From the IMG/VR virus record IMGVR_UViG_3300011115_000308, positions 1 to 56,450 of that record: 56,450 bases of DNA; one strand, written 5' to 3'. Shown one piece after another: positions 26,877 through 36,205 of this stretch (position 1 is the first letter of the stretch; each line of letters opens with the position of its first letter). This DNA is from a virus. Taxonomy: Duplodnaviria > Caudoviricetes. A program made the translations under genes and the position numbers. Below the pieces are notes generated by a model. It was not told where the DNA came from. It did no database searches and was given only the letters and a program-made list of their open reading frames with translations.

Positions 26877-29225
26877 TTATCCGGCGTCCCGGTCGTGACC
26901 AAGAGCATACAACGAAGTGAGGGATAATGCACGTTCGATGTTTCCGGCCCTGCCGCCACGCTTGTGGCCAATTTTCCCGATGTTCTGTTCGGCTAAAGCT
27001 GTACTGTCAAGCATACCTTGGTTAATTTGGCCCCATGGCTTTTGCTCCTCATACATTTTGCGATCAGTAGAACGGCCTAGTGGCTCTTCGCTCAATGAGT
27101 GAACTGGCAAGTTTCCCTTGATCTCTTTTCCAGTCAGGGCAGTTGCGTAATCTGAGAAAGCCGCGCGCCGTGGGATTAGCGGAACATCACCATAGTATTC
27201 GCCCTTGGTATCCGCTTGATAAGTGGAGTGCTTGCCCAAAGCGCCAGACAAGGCCCCCTTCATCAACTGATCAGGGTCCAGCGTCACAAGGCGGTGACCA
27301 ACCATGGCGTTGTTAGCATCAAGCAATTCAGGCTCAGTAATCGCGGCTCTTGTTACCCCAACTTGAGGGAACCCACGAACCCGCCATTTGGCAGTATCCA
27401 TCATTCTGGTAAAGCCAGCACGATGCGTTCCGGCAAAACCTGTTTCTGGGCGCATGAAATCAGAAGCAGCCTTGGAGTTCATAATGCCAGGCCAGTTTTC
27501 CATAGCCTTGGCAAATGCAGCACGTTTCCCTTTGGTTGGGGCATGTTCCCCGCGCTTCAATGCTTCGTCAAATGCCTGCGCGTCTTTGGGATCAATGTTT
27601 GCCGATTTGATTTGGGCCAGAAGCGCATCAACCATGTTGTGGGACGACGAAACAGATTGCGGACCCATAGGTTGAAATGCCCCAACCAGTGGTCCCTTTT
27701 CAGCAGCTTTGCCAATCATCTTGGCAAGGCTTTTGGCATGGGCCGGAGCGTTTGCCCATATCCTGCCTTGGTTTGGCTCAAGCATGTAGTCAGCACCAGC
27801 GTGGAGGTCCACTGGCCATTCAAGCTTCTTGTTTTGAATGTGCGTCAGGCGTCCAAGCCTAGAACGATCACCACCAAGTCCTATCAGGGTGCCGCCAGCC
27901 ATAGGGGTGAGGGCATCTTCCCAACTCATTTTCTTCCGTGGCACCGTGGTAACGCCAGGGATTGGCGAAATAGCAGACTGAACATCTCGCGGCGCAACGT
28001 CCTGATTGATTTTGTAATACCCCCCACGAACTGGCTTGTTGGTTGATACATCAACTTTATTGGAGTTCAGGATGGCAATCTGACGTGCGCGTTCCATCGG
28101 GTCGTTGATCTTCCAAATTTCACTGGGATCAACAATCCGCGTTTTGCGGCTTTCCATTGCCTGAAGGTACTTTTGGGCCTGCTCATCGCTGAACTTTGCG
28201 TCAACGCCAATGACCTTCAAAAGCTGTGCGCCAAGCGGGTGGTTCTTTAAGTTTTCAATGACTTTCCCAAAGTTTTCGTCACCACCTAGCTTCCCCCCAA
28301 ACTGCTTTCCAATCCGACCGCCATCTTTGGCGTTCCGCATGGCATCAATCACGTCACTGTGGGTTGTTTTTTCGTTTCCGGCCTTGTCCCATATGGCATG
28401 GTGGGTCAAATGCTGGCGAAATGGCTCCAAAGCGGGGTCCATCTTGGGGTTTAACGCAGTTTGGCGGGCCGCAAGGCGATCAACGGCCTCAAAACCAGCG
28501 CGCCGCATTGGTGACTTGGCTGCCGATGTCGGCATACCCGTTTGCAGCACCACTTGGCGCGCATCCAGCGTCGGCTGATCGCCACGGCCAACCATTGATG
28601 CGACAAATCCAGCCTTAGCAGTGCCAATACCGCGCAAATTCTTGCCAAAAGCACGCCATTCCGCAACTGGGCTATCATCTGACACGGCACGTTTCACCAT
28701 ATCCGACACGGTCTTGTGCTTGTCGTGCAAATTTAAAGCCGCCCACGGCAAGGCATCGGCTTCGGCCTGTAATCCAAATGGTTTCATTACCTTTTGGGCG
28801 TGATCTACGGCTTCCTGATCAACTTTTCCAACTTCGGCGGAGTCCAAATACCGCTGTCCCATTGGGGATTTCAACCATTCGGCCATTGCGCCTTCGGGCC
28901 GAATGCTTCCAGTGACACTTGGGGGCAAGTAAAGACCTGACGCGCGAAGCTTATCTGCGGTCTGGGAGCGCCGCTGAATGCTAGATCGCGTAATGGCGTA
29001 AGCTTTAATCAGGTCGCGCGGCTCAAGCCCCTTGGTGGCAGCCTTGCGCGCCATGTCATCCATGTAAGCGCCAAAGTCTTCAACGTGGCTTGGTATTTCT
29101 TTCAGCCCTTCAAGGTCTTCTCTGACATCTTTTAACGGACGCCAATTAAAGCCCTGCATCTTCTTGCTGGAGGGGTCTTGGTACTGCGACACCAGATCAA
29201 GTGCGCGCTTTACAGTATCCGCCAT
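26877..29225 (-). CDS. Two-domain putative head cargo protein: HhH-GPD glycosylase-like domain plus unknown domain
   Basis: [28 protein letters not shown]...HHAIWD. Domains separated by AKDGGRI/KQFGGKL. Confidence 0.55.
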   Translation of the reverse strand: MADTVKRALDLVSQYQDPSSKKMQGFNWRPLKDVREDLEGLKEIPSHVEDFGAYMDDMARKAATKGLEPRDLIKAYAITRSSIQRRSQTADKLRASGLYLPPSVTGSIRPEGAMAEWLKSPMGQRYLDSAEVGKVDQEAVDHAQKVMKPFGLQAEADALPWAALNLHDKHKTVSDMVKRAVSDDSPVAEWRAFGKNLRGIGTAKAGFVASMVGRGDQPTLDARQVVLQTGMPTSAAKSPMRRAGFEAVDRLAARQTALNPKMDPALEPFRQHLTHHAIWDKAGNEKTTHSDVIDAMRNAKDGGRIGKQFGGKLGGDENFGKVIENLKNHPLGAQLLKVIGVDAKFSDEQAQKYLQAMESRKTRIVDPSEIWKINDPMERARQIAILNSNKVDVSTNKPVRGGYYKINQDVAPRDVQSAISPIPGVTTVPRKKMSWEDALTPMAGGTLIGLGGDRSRLGRLTHIQNKKLEWPVDLHAGADYMLEPNQGRIWANAPAHAKSLAKMIGKAAEKGPLVGAFQPMGPQSVSSSHNMVDALLAQIKSANIDPKDAQAFDEALKRGEHAPTKGKRAAFAKAMENWPGIMNSKAASDFMRPETGFAGTHRAGFTRMMDTAKWRVRGFPQVGVTRAAITEPELLDANNAMVGHRLVTLDPDQLMKGALSGALGKHSTYQADTKGEYYGDVPLIPRRAAFSDYATALTGKEIKGNLPVHSLSEEPLGRSTDRKMYEEQKPWGQINQGMLDSTALAEQNIGKIGHKRGGRAGNIERALSLTSLYALGHDRDAG

Positions 29226-29226
29226 A

Positions 29227-31176
29227 TCACTTCCCCTTGGATTTCAACGCCACCGTAGCACCTTTGCCGTCCTTGGTGAAGCGGCGTGTTAGGGCAAGGG
29301 CGTTGTCAACCGAACCACCTTTGCGTTTAACCAGACGCGGCTTGCCGGAAATGTGCTGGTATTTGTCAGGATTGCCCAGCAAAAGTTCAACTGGGTACGG
29401 TCTTGTGTAGGCGGGCTGACCAACTGGTTCCATGTCAACTACAGGGTAATGATCCTGATAGACAAGCTTTGGCGGTTCCTTGCTGCCCCAACCGCTGACG
29501 TGCAACATGCGGTGGCCGACCACTTCCATCGGCGTGGAATTTGGCGTTGGCAAATAGCGATATTTGTCTCCAAACGGCAGGGCGTCAAATACGCCATCGG
29601 CCTTGGCAGCCATATAAGCTTGACGGGACGCTTCGTGGCGGTCGGACATTTTGGTGAGCGTGTCTTGGACATGCTGTGGCGGCGCGTCCGACATTGCTGC
29701 ATTCATTGTACGACGAAAGCCTAGATTGACCACGTTGTCGCCCACTTCGCCACCTTCTTGTTTGCTAACCATGCCACCATACTCGTACTTGTCCGTTACC
29801 TGCACGGGGTCGTGGTGGAACATGACGTAGTTGTGCGTGGGGTCGCCGTCAGTGTCGTTGCGCGATCCAGCATCAAGGTAGCGGATGCCCTTTAGACCTT
29901 GGGACTGAAGATAATCAGAAGCTTGCTTGCCGTTTTCGCCATAATTAGAAAGAGCTTGATGAAGATCACGACCAGTAGCTTCCACGCCAACGTCACGACC
30001 TTCACGCCACGCTTGCAAGACGCCACGGGTGGGGCCAATAGCTTTGTTGATGTCAGCTTCTCTGGCGATGCGCTGAATGTTTGGATGTTGCTCCGATAGC
30101 GGCTTGTCCCAGTCCAGCAGTTCTTCGGGTTTAACGTTCAGCTTAACTTTGTACATGTGGCCGCCTGGGCGGAAATCACCGCTGGAAAACTTTTTGGATA
30201 CCGCCTCAACTAATTCTGGCGTCATATTTGGGCTTGTGTGGGTTGCGCCGTTCTTAAACTTACTGAGCCACTTGACAGCACCTTCCGGCGTATTGTCGCT
30301 GAATACCAGTGCCATTTGACCTGCGCGCTTCTCCAAATCAGGGGTGCCTTCTGGATGAATAAGCGTGTCAGACAACGAATTTCGGTAGCCTTTTGCCACC
30401 GCCTCATTCCCAGCAAAATACAGCCCATGCCCATAGGATTGGTTGCCCTCGCCCGTGCCAAGCTTGCTGATGTCAAACTGGTCAAAATCATGCGGGCTGC
30501 CGTGGTAGGCGGTGATGCCATCCTCGTCATCATTGTCAACCGTACCACCACCAGCCTTGGTGATGTCGGGGTCGCTGGATGCCATAGCCGAAACTTTGTC
30601 TGGATGCATGGGGCCATCGGCTTCTTCTGCACCATTCCAATAGCGAACTTCCGCCTTCACGCTTGGAACGCCCATTGCGTGGGCAACAGCCACCCGTGTG
30701 TTGCCCTCAAGGATGAAAGGCTTGCCGCGATGGTTTACCGCCACCACAACCTTATTGCCCTTCTGGTGGGGATCAAAACCCTCTTTGCTGACCGACGACA
30801 TCAGATCGTCAAACCGTGGCTCGCCCGCAACCCTTTTTTCATTGTTAAGCGGTTCAATGGATTTCAAGACGTGGGTCGGCAGGAACAGGTCTGATTTTCC
30901 ACCCATCCACCCCGTTATCGCCCCAGCAATCCCCTTCATTCGGGGGTACTCAAATGCGTGACTTTGCTTGCTTTCAAGCCAATCCCCGCCAGGGTTGTCC
31001 TTTACAAAATCAACCTTGCCACCATCAGCATGGACCTGACGGGGGACGTTGGGCAGGTATTTGGACGGGGCGATCTGGCCACCAGCGCGGTTCACAGCAG
31101 TGCGGGCGCGGGCTTTGTCAAGCATACCAGCCGCTGTCAGCTTGGCTGACCGGATCGCCTTGTCCTTGTCCATCAC
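29227..31176 (-). CDS. Polyvalent putative head cargo protein: ParB/Srx-like, ADP-ribosyltransferase-like and unknown domains
   Basis: FILEGNTRVAVAHAMG (ParB-N like). AYHGSPHDF...GHGLYFA...YKVKL...NYVMF (ART fold of polyvalent proteins). Confidence 0.65.
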   Translation of the reverse strand: MMDKDKAIRSAKLTAAGMLDKARARTAVNRAGGQIAPSKYLPNVPRQVHADGGKVDFVKDNPGGDWLESKQSHAFEYPRMKGIAGAITGWMGGKSDLFLPTHVLKSIEPLNNEKRVAGEPRFDDLMSSVSKEGFDPHQKGNKVVVAVNHRGKPFILEGNTRVAVAHAMGVPSVKAEVRYWNGAEEADGPMHPDKVSAMASSDPDITKAGGGTVDNDDEDGITAYHGSPHDFDQFDISKLGTGEGNQSYGHGLYFAGNEAVAKGYRNSLSDTLIHPEGTPDLEKRAGQMALVFSDNTPEGAVKWLSKFKNGATHTSPNMTPELVEAVSKKFSSGDFRPGGHMYKVKLNVKPEELLDWDKPLSEQHPNIQRIAREADINKAIGPTRGVLQAWREGRDVGVEATGRDLHQALSNYGENGKQASDYLQSQGLKGIRYLDAGSRNDTDGDPTHNYVMFHHDPVQVTDKYEYGGMVSKQEGGEVGDNVVNLGFRRTMNAAMSDAPPQHVQDTLTKMSDRHEASRQAYMAAKADGVFDALPFGDKYRYLPTPNSTPMEVVGHRMLHVSGWGSKEPPKLVYQDHYPVVDMEPVGQPAYTRPYPVELLLGNPDKYQHISGKPRLVKRKGGSVDNALALTRRFTKDGKGATVALKSKGK

Positions 31177-33644
31177 TTCTTACCTTTTGGCATACGCGCA
31201 ATTGCTTGTTGGCTTTGAACCTGCATGGCAAGCTTGATCGAATCTTGAACCTGCTGACGCCGCGACAGGTCATCCTCGTGGCGCATCCGCGTCCGGTCTG
31301 CCATTTCCTGACGGTCCAAACGCATTTGCTCCAACGCCATGTCGTGCTGCATACGCGCTTGGTCGTCCATTTGTTCGCGCTGCATCTGGGCTTGCTCAAG
31401 CGCCATCTCGTGCTGCATCCGCGCCTGATCGTTCATGTCTTCGCGTTGCAGGCGCATCTGTTCCATTTGCATGTCAGCATCACGCGCCAGATCGCGGTTC
31501 TGATCGTTCATCTGATCGCGCTGGGCAGAGATTTCCATCTGCTTGGCTTTGTTCTGCTCTGCCATCATTTTGATTTGGAGTTCCTGCGGGTTCGGCCCAG
31601 AAACCCCAGTCGCAGGTGCCGCCGCAGGCTGTTGTGCTTTGATCATGGCGGCCTGTCCGCGCATGGTGTCAGCGTCAGCTTTCTGCTTGTTGATTTGCAA
31701 TTCTGCCTTGGCTTGCTCTTCTGCCGGATCAGGCTGGTTCATTTGATCGTCGGGCAGCATGAACTGCTCAGGGTTGGACCAGCCAATGGCGCGCAGGGCT
31801 GCCTTATCAACGGCAACCGTGTCGTACATTTGCGGGTTTGCAGCCACAAGTTGTTTCAGGGCCATGATCTTCATAATGCGCTGGCTGTGCGAAGACGTGT
31901 TGGGATCGGCCTGTGGGACCAGTTCCACATCGGTCAGGGCCTGCAAGAACAACTGCTCGTTCCATGCAATGGTGGGCTTGCGGTTACGCTCCCAAAAGCT
32001 TTCGGGATGCTCACGGAAGCACTGCACCAACAGCGTAAACTCTTCGGCCTGCGAACTGTGCATCCGTTTGTGAACCGCGTTCAGCACCTTGGTGGCCTGT
32101 TCAATCATGGCCAGCGTGGTGCCAACGGGGGCGTCAGAACGGCCTTCGCCCACCTGCAACTCCGAAGTGCCCCCCACGCGCATTCCCGTCTCGCTCATGT
32201 CTTGCACTAGCGACATCAGCGCGCCGGACGGCTCCTTGTAGGGCAACGGCATGATCGCATCGCTGATCTTCTGGCCCCCAGTCTTGACCTGTGCGCCGCC
32301 CCCTGGCGGGACGCGGAAGATGTTGGTGTTCTGGCGCGCGCCGACATCGCTGATCAGGAACCCAGGGAAGTTGGCGTACATGCCAGCGTCCAGCAACTCG
32401 CGCCACGCGGCAGTAATCGCATTGGTGGTGTTGCCAAGGATGTGCAGCAAGCCAATGTCGTAGAAACCAAGCCCAGGCACAAACGTGTATTTGACGAACG
32501 TGGTGCGCGCTTCGGGCAGCATCCCCGCGTCCGGCTGGTCGTAATTGCGGGTGATGGACAAGATTTCACGCGACGACACGTCAATGGTCACGCGGTACGG
32601 GATTTCCAGTCCAGTGATCTTGCCCTTGAACTTGTGTTCAAACTTCTTGATGTCCAATTCGCAATAGATTTCGTAAATCTCGCGGTCACGGTCATCGGGG
32701 TTGGCGGACGTGGTGGTGACGCCCTGCTGTGACGCCTTGGCCTCGGCGGCAGCGTCCGGCGTAACCTGCATTGGCGTGGACAAGTCAATGTCGCGGTACA
32801 CCCCAAGGATTTGCAGGCGCTTGACCGTGGACGGCTTGAGCATCACGCGGTGCGTAATCCGCATAGCCGTGGACAGGTCAGTCGCGCTGTTGTTGACAAT
32901 CAAGTTGTCGGCATCCACGCTGTCGCTGGCAGGGCGGTTGCGGAGCGGGCAGAAGAACACTTTTTTGAACGACGTGCCGCCAAAGCCCAACAGCAGCAAC
33001 ATCCTATCGGTGTCGGGGTAGTATTCGCGGGCCGTGCTGGTCAGGAAGTGGTTCATGTCCTTCTCAAACGCATTGGCAATGTTGTCGCGCTCAATGGTTG
33101 TACCATTGGCATCGTCCCTGATCTTGACGGGGCCATCGGTGGGCAGCAACTCTGACCTTGCATTGGCCTGAAACCGCAACACGGCCTCCTGCAAGAGCGG
33201 GTGCCGAACCTTGGACATGCCCTCAATCGGTGCGCCATCGCCCGTGCCCTGCAACCCTGGCACTTCAATCTTGAGGCCCAAAAGCTTAATGCCCTGCGCG
33301 CGGTCGTCGATCCACTCGCTGCGGCTTTCGAGGTCGTCAGAAACACCACGCAGGAGGTCTTCCGCGATCCGCGCCAATTCGGTTTTTTCAATCTTGTCAG
33401 ACAGGTTGTCAAACCACCCTTCGGGCTGGCCCTCAACGTCTTCGGCATCCTCAATGGGCTTGCCGTCCAGTGACAACGTGATGGACCCATCGCCGTGGTC
33501 GATCTTTAGAATCGCGCCGTTCTCGTCCATCTCTGGGATGTCAACCTGATCGTCGCCGTCCTGTTCAATCGTTACATCCATGTCCCCCATTTCGTCGGGC
33601 TGGCTGTCGCCAAGGATGCGGATGTTGGGGTTCAAGCCAGACAT
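31173..33644 (-). CDS. Portal protein (P22-like with long C-terminal coiled coil)
   Basis: HPLLQEAVLRFQA...GPVK, PGLGFY.IGL, LPYKEPS, PVGTTLA and DPN motifs. Q/M-rich tail. Confidence 0.85.
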   Translation of the reverse strand: MSGLNPNIRILGDSQPDEMGDMDVTIEQDGDDQVDIPEMDENGAILKIDHGDGSITLSLDGKPIEDAEDVEGQPEGWFDNLSDKIEKTELARIAEDLLRGVSDDLESRSEWIDDRAQGIKLLGLKIEVPGLQGTGDGAPIEGMSKVRHPLLQEAVLRFQANARSELLPTDGPVKIRDDANGTTIERDNIANAFEKDMNHFLTSTAREYYPDTDRMLLLLGFGGTSFKKVFFCPLRNRPASDSVDADNLIVNNSATDLSTAMRITHRVMLKPSTVKRLQILGVYRDIDLSTPMQVTPDAAAEAKASQQGVTTTSANPDDRDREIYEIYCELDIKKFEHKFKGKITGLEIPYRVTIDVSSREILSITRNYDQPDAGMLPEARTTFVKYTFVPGLGFYDIGLLHILGNTTNAITAAWRELLDAGMYANFPGFLISDVGARQNTNIFRVPPGGGAQVKTGGQKISDAIMPLPYKEPSGALMSLVQDMSETGMRVGGTSELQVGEGRSDAPVGTTLAMIEQATKVLNAVHKRMHSSQAEEFTLLVQCFREHPESFWERNRKPTIAWNEQLFLQALTDVELVPQADPNTSSHSQRIMKIMALKQLVAANPQMYDTVAVDKAALRAIGWSNPEQFMLPDDQMNQPDPAEEQAKAELQINKQKADADTMRGQAAMIKAQQPAAAPATGVSGPNPQELQIKMMAEQNKAKQMEISAQRDQMNDQNRDLARDADMQMEQMRLQREDMNDQARMQHEMALEQAQMQREQMDDQARMQHDMALEQMRLDRQEMADRTRMRHEDDLSRRQQVQDSIKLAMQVQSQQAIARMPKGKK

Positions 33645-33676
33645 ATGTGTGGTCCCTTCAAGGTAATGGCCGCGCC

Positions 33677-33705
33677 ATTGTATCAGGCACGGCCACCCTT
33701 GTCAT
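33677..33705 (-). promoter_or_regulatory. Putative promoter for the portal/head operon
   Basis: ATGACA-17 bp-TACAAT with extended TGn. Confidence 0.55.
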
Positions 33706-34217
33706 CACTCGTTGAGAAACAGCACCGCAGCCGCCAAGTAGTTAATCGCCCCAAGCAGTTCGCGCTTGGCTGCATCGGTGTCCATGCGCTGGCTTTCCTG
33801 TATCTTCTTCATGGCCTGCCCCAGCGGGAAGCCCAGCCCCACGGCGCGGGTGATGGTCAGGGCGGGTTGCTCCGTGAACAACAGGCCGTTGCCGTGGCGC
33901 TCTTCACCCTTGCCGGATTGGGCCTGCTCAAGCGCGTCATTAAGCACTAGAAACAGGCTGCGGTACTCTTCCTTGGCGTAGACCAAATGATGTTCGGTGT
34001 CTTCATCAACGTCATCCAGCCAGTCGTCTTCGTCCGGCCCGCACTGGCACACGCCGTCCTTGCAGGTGGGGCATGACGGTTCATCCACCCAGACGTGATC
34101 CGCCGGATCGCCGTGCAATTCGTCTTGGCGATCTTGCATTTCACGGTTTTTGCTATCGTCAATGATGTCTTGGATCGCTTTCTTCATGCGCTCCGTTTCC
34201 ATGTCATACGTTGCCAT
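33705..34217 (-). CDS. Hypothetical protein with all-alpha C-terminal domain (possibly MazG/dNTP-pyrophosphatase-like)
   Basis: GKGEERH...GQAMKKIQE...ELLGAINY. CxxCxxxxCxC segment in the N-terminal half. Confidence 0.4.
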   Translation of the reverse strand: MATYDMETERMKKAIQDIIDDSKNREMQDRQDELHGDPADHVWVDEPSCPTCKDGVCQCGPDEDDWLDDVDEDTEHHLVYAKEEYRSLFLVLNDALEQAQSGKGEERHGNGLLFTEQPALTITRAVGLGFPLGQAMKKIQESQRMDTDAAKRELLGAINYLAAAVLFLNE

Positions 34218-34419
34218 TTAAAGCCTCCCTGATTGCATCTGCTACGTCAAACCGCTTCTCGTTGCGGTACTGTTCCATGAGGGCCTGAACCCGTGCGATC
34301 TTCTTATTGGCACGGATAAGGTCAGAGTTTTTCCAAGACAGCTCAGACCCCATCGCCGCAACGGCTTCGCGCAAATCCATGTCCGTCTCTTTCAGCATGG
34401 TGTCGATCCAGTTAGCCAT
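34204..34419 (-). CDS. Hypothetical coiled-coil protein
   Basis: Tiles the minus-strand operon. Confidence 0.5.
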   Translation of the reverse strand: MANWIDTMLKETDMDLREAVAAMGSELSWKNSDLIRANKKIARVQALMEQYRNEKRFDVADAIREALNGNV

Positions 34420-34425
34420 TGAGGT

Positions 34426-34974
34426 TCACGGCTTGGTCAAAGGCAGGCTAACAGGATGCTGCGAACAGGCGGCAGGATCGCCCTGCCCTGCCAGCGTAAC
34501 AAACGCCGTGTCGGCTGGCACCTGACCCATCGGGCAATGGCAGATCGCAATGCCATCCTTGCCCTTCTCGCAGTCAAAGCTAAAGCAGTTGGCAGAGTTT
34601 GCCCCTTGCATCAGATCGGCACCGCAGACCTGTATTTTGGCATTCTTGTTCTGCGGCAGGCGCGAGAAGTCCTGCCACTCTTGGCGAAAATGCATGCGCG
34701 GCGCATACAAACTCCACACATGGTTGGGGCCAGACGCATCGCACGATCCCGTCATGTTGCCAGCCGACAGGTCGGCAATGGCGGAGCCGTGCAAAATCGG
34801 GCAGCGGCAGATCACTTCGGGGTAGGTTGCCCCGCTGGTCGTGGTGATCGTCTTGCCCGTAGGGGTGCAGGTGCTGGCGTCACACAGGGCGTACTGGCCC
34901 GTGCATTTTGCAAACTCTGCGGCTGCGGCTGTGGGCAGCAAGATGGACAGCGCCAAGATGAGGTGTTTGATCAT
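34426..34974 (-). CDS. Secreted cysteine-rich protein
   Basis: Start revised to ATG 34974. Signal peptide MIKHLILALSILLPTAAAA. Twelve Cys in the mature part. Confidence 0.7.
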   Translation of the reverse strand: MIKHLILALSILLPTAAAAEFAKCTGQYALCDASTCTPTGKTITTTSGATYPEVICRCPILHGSAIADLSAGNMTGSCDASGPNHVWSLYAPRMHFRQEWQDFSRLPQNKNAKIQVCGADLMQGANSANCFSFDCEKGKDGIAICHCPMGQVPADTAFVTLAGQGDPAACSQHPVSLPLTKP

Positions 34975-35033
34975 TTTTGAAACGCCAGACAGATGAACCA
35001 TATTCCTACTCCCAAAAAGATGATGTGGTGCAT
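34971..35033 (-). CDS. 20-aa hydrophobic peptide
   Basis: MHHIIFLGVGIWFICLAFQK. TAATG and ATGA overlaps with both neighbours. Confidence 0.45.
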   Translation of the reverse strand: MHHIIFLGVGIWFICLAFQK

Positions 35034-35269
35034 TATCGCCACGCCTCCCGCGCCATTTGGGCCATGCGTTTGACCGTGGCGTTGCTGGTGGGCTTTTCTT
35101 CAAGGCCGATCTTGTCAAGGACATCGCGCACGGCCTGAAGGCGTTGGTCAGCCAACACCAAAAAGTCGCGCAAGGTGTTCTCTTCCATGTTAGAAAGGCC
35201 AAGATGGTATTTGACCATGTTCAGTTCTTCACGCAGCCGCTCGATCTCTTTCCACGGGTTTAGAATCAT
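35033..35269 (-). CDS. Hypothetical protein
   Basis: ATGA-coupled, coiled-coil character. Confidence 0.6.
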   Translation of the reverse strand: MILNPWKEIERLREELNMVKYHLGLSNMEENTLRDFLVLADQRLQAVRDVLDKIGLEEKPTSNATVKRMAQMAREAWR

Positions 35270-35568
35270 TGTAGTCCAACCTCCACTTGTTCAACGTCGC
35301 CCCAGTCGCCCTCAACGGCGCTAGCAAACAATTGTGCTATTTGCGTGTTGAGGCGCTCGGCGGCGTCAGGGTTTTCAATGTAGATGATGACGCCACCAAT
35401 GGCGTCAATCTTGTTTATCATGGCGGTCGAATCAGGCCCCGTTGCAAAGAAGGGGTCGTTCTCCACCTTGTCCTTGTCCACAAAACCAATGAACGGCGTC
35501 GGTGTCTCCCCCAGCACCGCCATGCCAATAGCCATGACAGTCTTGGGGTTGCCGTACACAATCTTCAC
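35266..35568 (-). CDS. Hypothetical protein
   Basis: GTGA-coupled, tiles the operon. Confidence 0.6.
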   Translation of the reverse strand: MKIVYGNPKTVMAIGMAVLGETPTPFIGFVDKDKVENDPFFATGPDSTAMINKIDAIGGVIIYIENPDAAERLNTQIAQLFASAVEGDWGDVEQVEVGLQ

Positions 35569-35807
35569 GCAGGCACCATGCCATTGGCCATGCCACGGAT
35601 CAAGTGGTCAACTTCCTCGTTCATCGCCTGCTTAAGGATGCCCAGCGCCTCAACGCGCTTGCCCTCAGGAACACAGCCGCCCCAGAACGCGATGCTAGCC
35701 CGCAGGCCACCAAGCAGCACGTCCGGCGGTGACATCTGGTCCTCGTTGACCATCTGGCCCATGTAGGTGGCAAGCGTCTCAGCGATCATCTTCACGTCAT
35801 CTGTCAT
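35565..35807 (-). CDS. Hypothetical protein
   Basis: ATG 35807 preceded by GGAG. Confidence 0.6.
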   Translation of the reverse strand: MTDDVKMIAETLATYMGQMVNEDQMSPPDVLLGGLRASIAFWGGCVPEGKRVEALGILKQAMNEEVDHLIRGMANGMVPA

Positions 35808-35958
35808 TGACTTGCTCCATGGCCGCGAAGGCCGCATCCTTTTCGGTGTCTGCTTTTAGCACGATGATTTCCTCATCGCCCGTGTCCCAATCGGTGACGC
35901 CCACGCGGTAGGTGCCATCGCCCAGATCGTCTACCACTGCTTTAAGCTTTTTCTGCAT
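35797..35958 (-). CDS. Hypothetical protein
   Basis: ATG 35958 preceded by GGAGG. Confidence 0.55.
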   Translation of the reverse strand: MQKKLKAVVDDLGDGTYRVGVTDWDTGDEEIIVLKADTEKDAAFAAMEQVNDR

Positions 35959-36190
35959 GACGCAGCGCCTCCACCATGAGCTTGCAATTGGCATCAACAA
36001 ATTCCACCAAGGTTTCGCCCAGTTCTTCGTTGCTGATCTTGTCCGTTTTAATCGTAAACCCAAAGGTTACATATAAGCGGCCCAACGCGTTCATAACGTC
36101 ACCGTTGCTTAGGCCCTTAGCCTCGGCGTAGTCGGTGGCAAAATTAGCAAGCTTTCGCGCCAGTTCATCAATATGGTCGTTCTTATCCAT
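35942..36190 (-). CDS. Hypothetical protein
   Basis: Follows terL, GGGGGA upstream. Confidence 0.6.
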   Translation of the reverse strand: MDKNDHIDELARKLANFATDYAEAKGLSNGDVMNALGRLYVTFGFTIKTDKISNEELGETLVEFVDANCKLMVEALRHAEKA

Positions 36191-36205
36191 GCCGTGATCC
36201 CCCCA

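Noticed and set aside
30954-32210. 418-aa plus-strand ORF
   Set aside because: Antisense to the portal and cargo genes. No SD or recognisable motifs.
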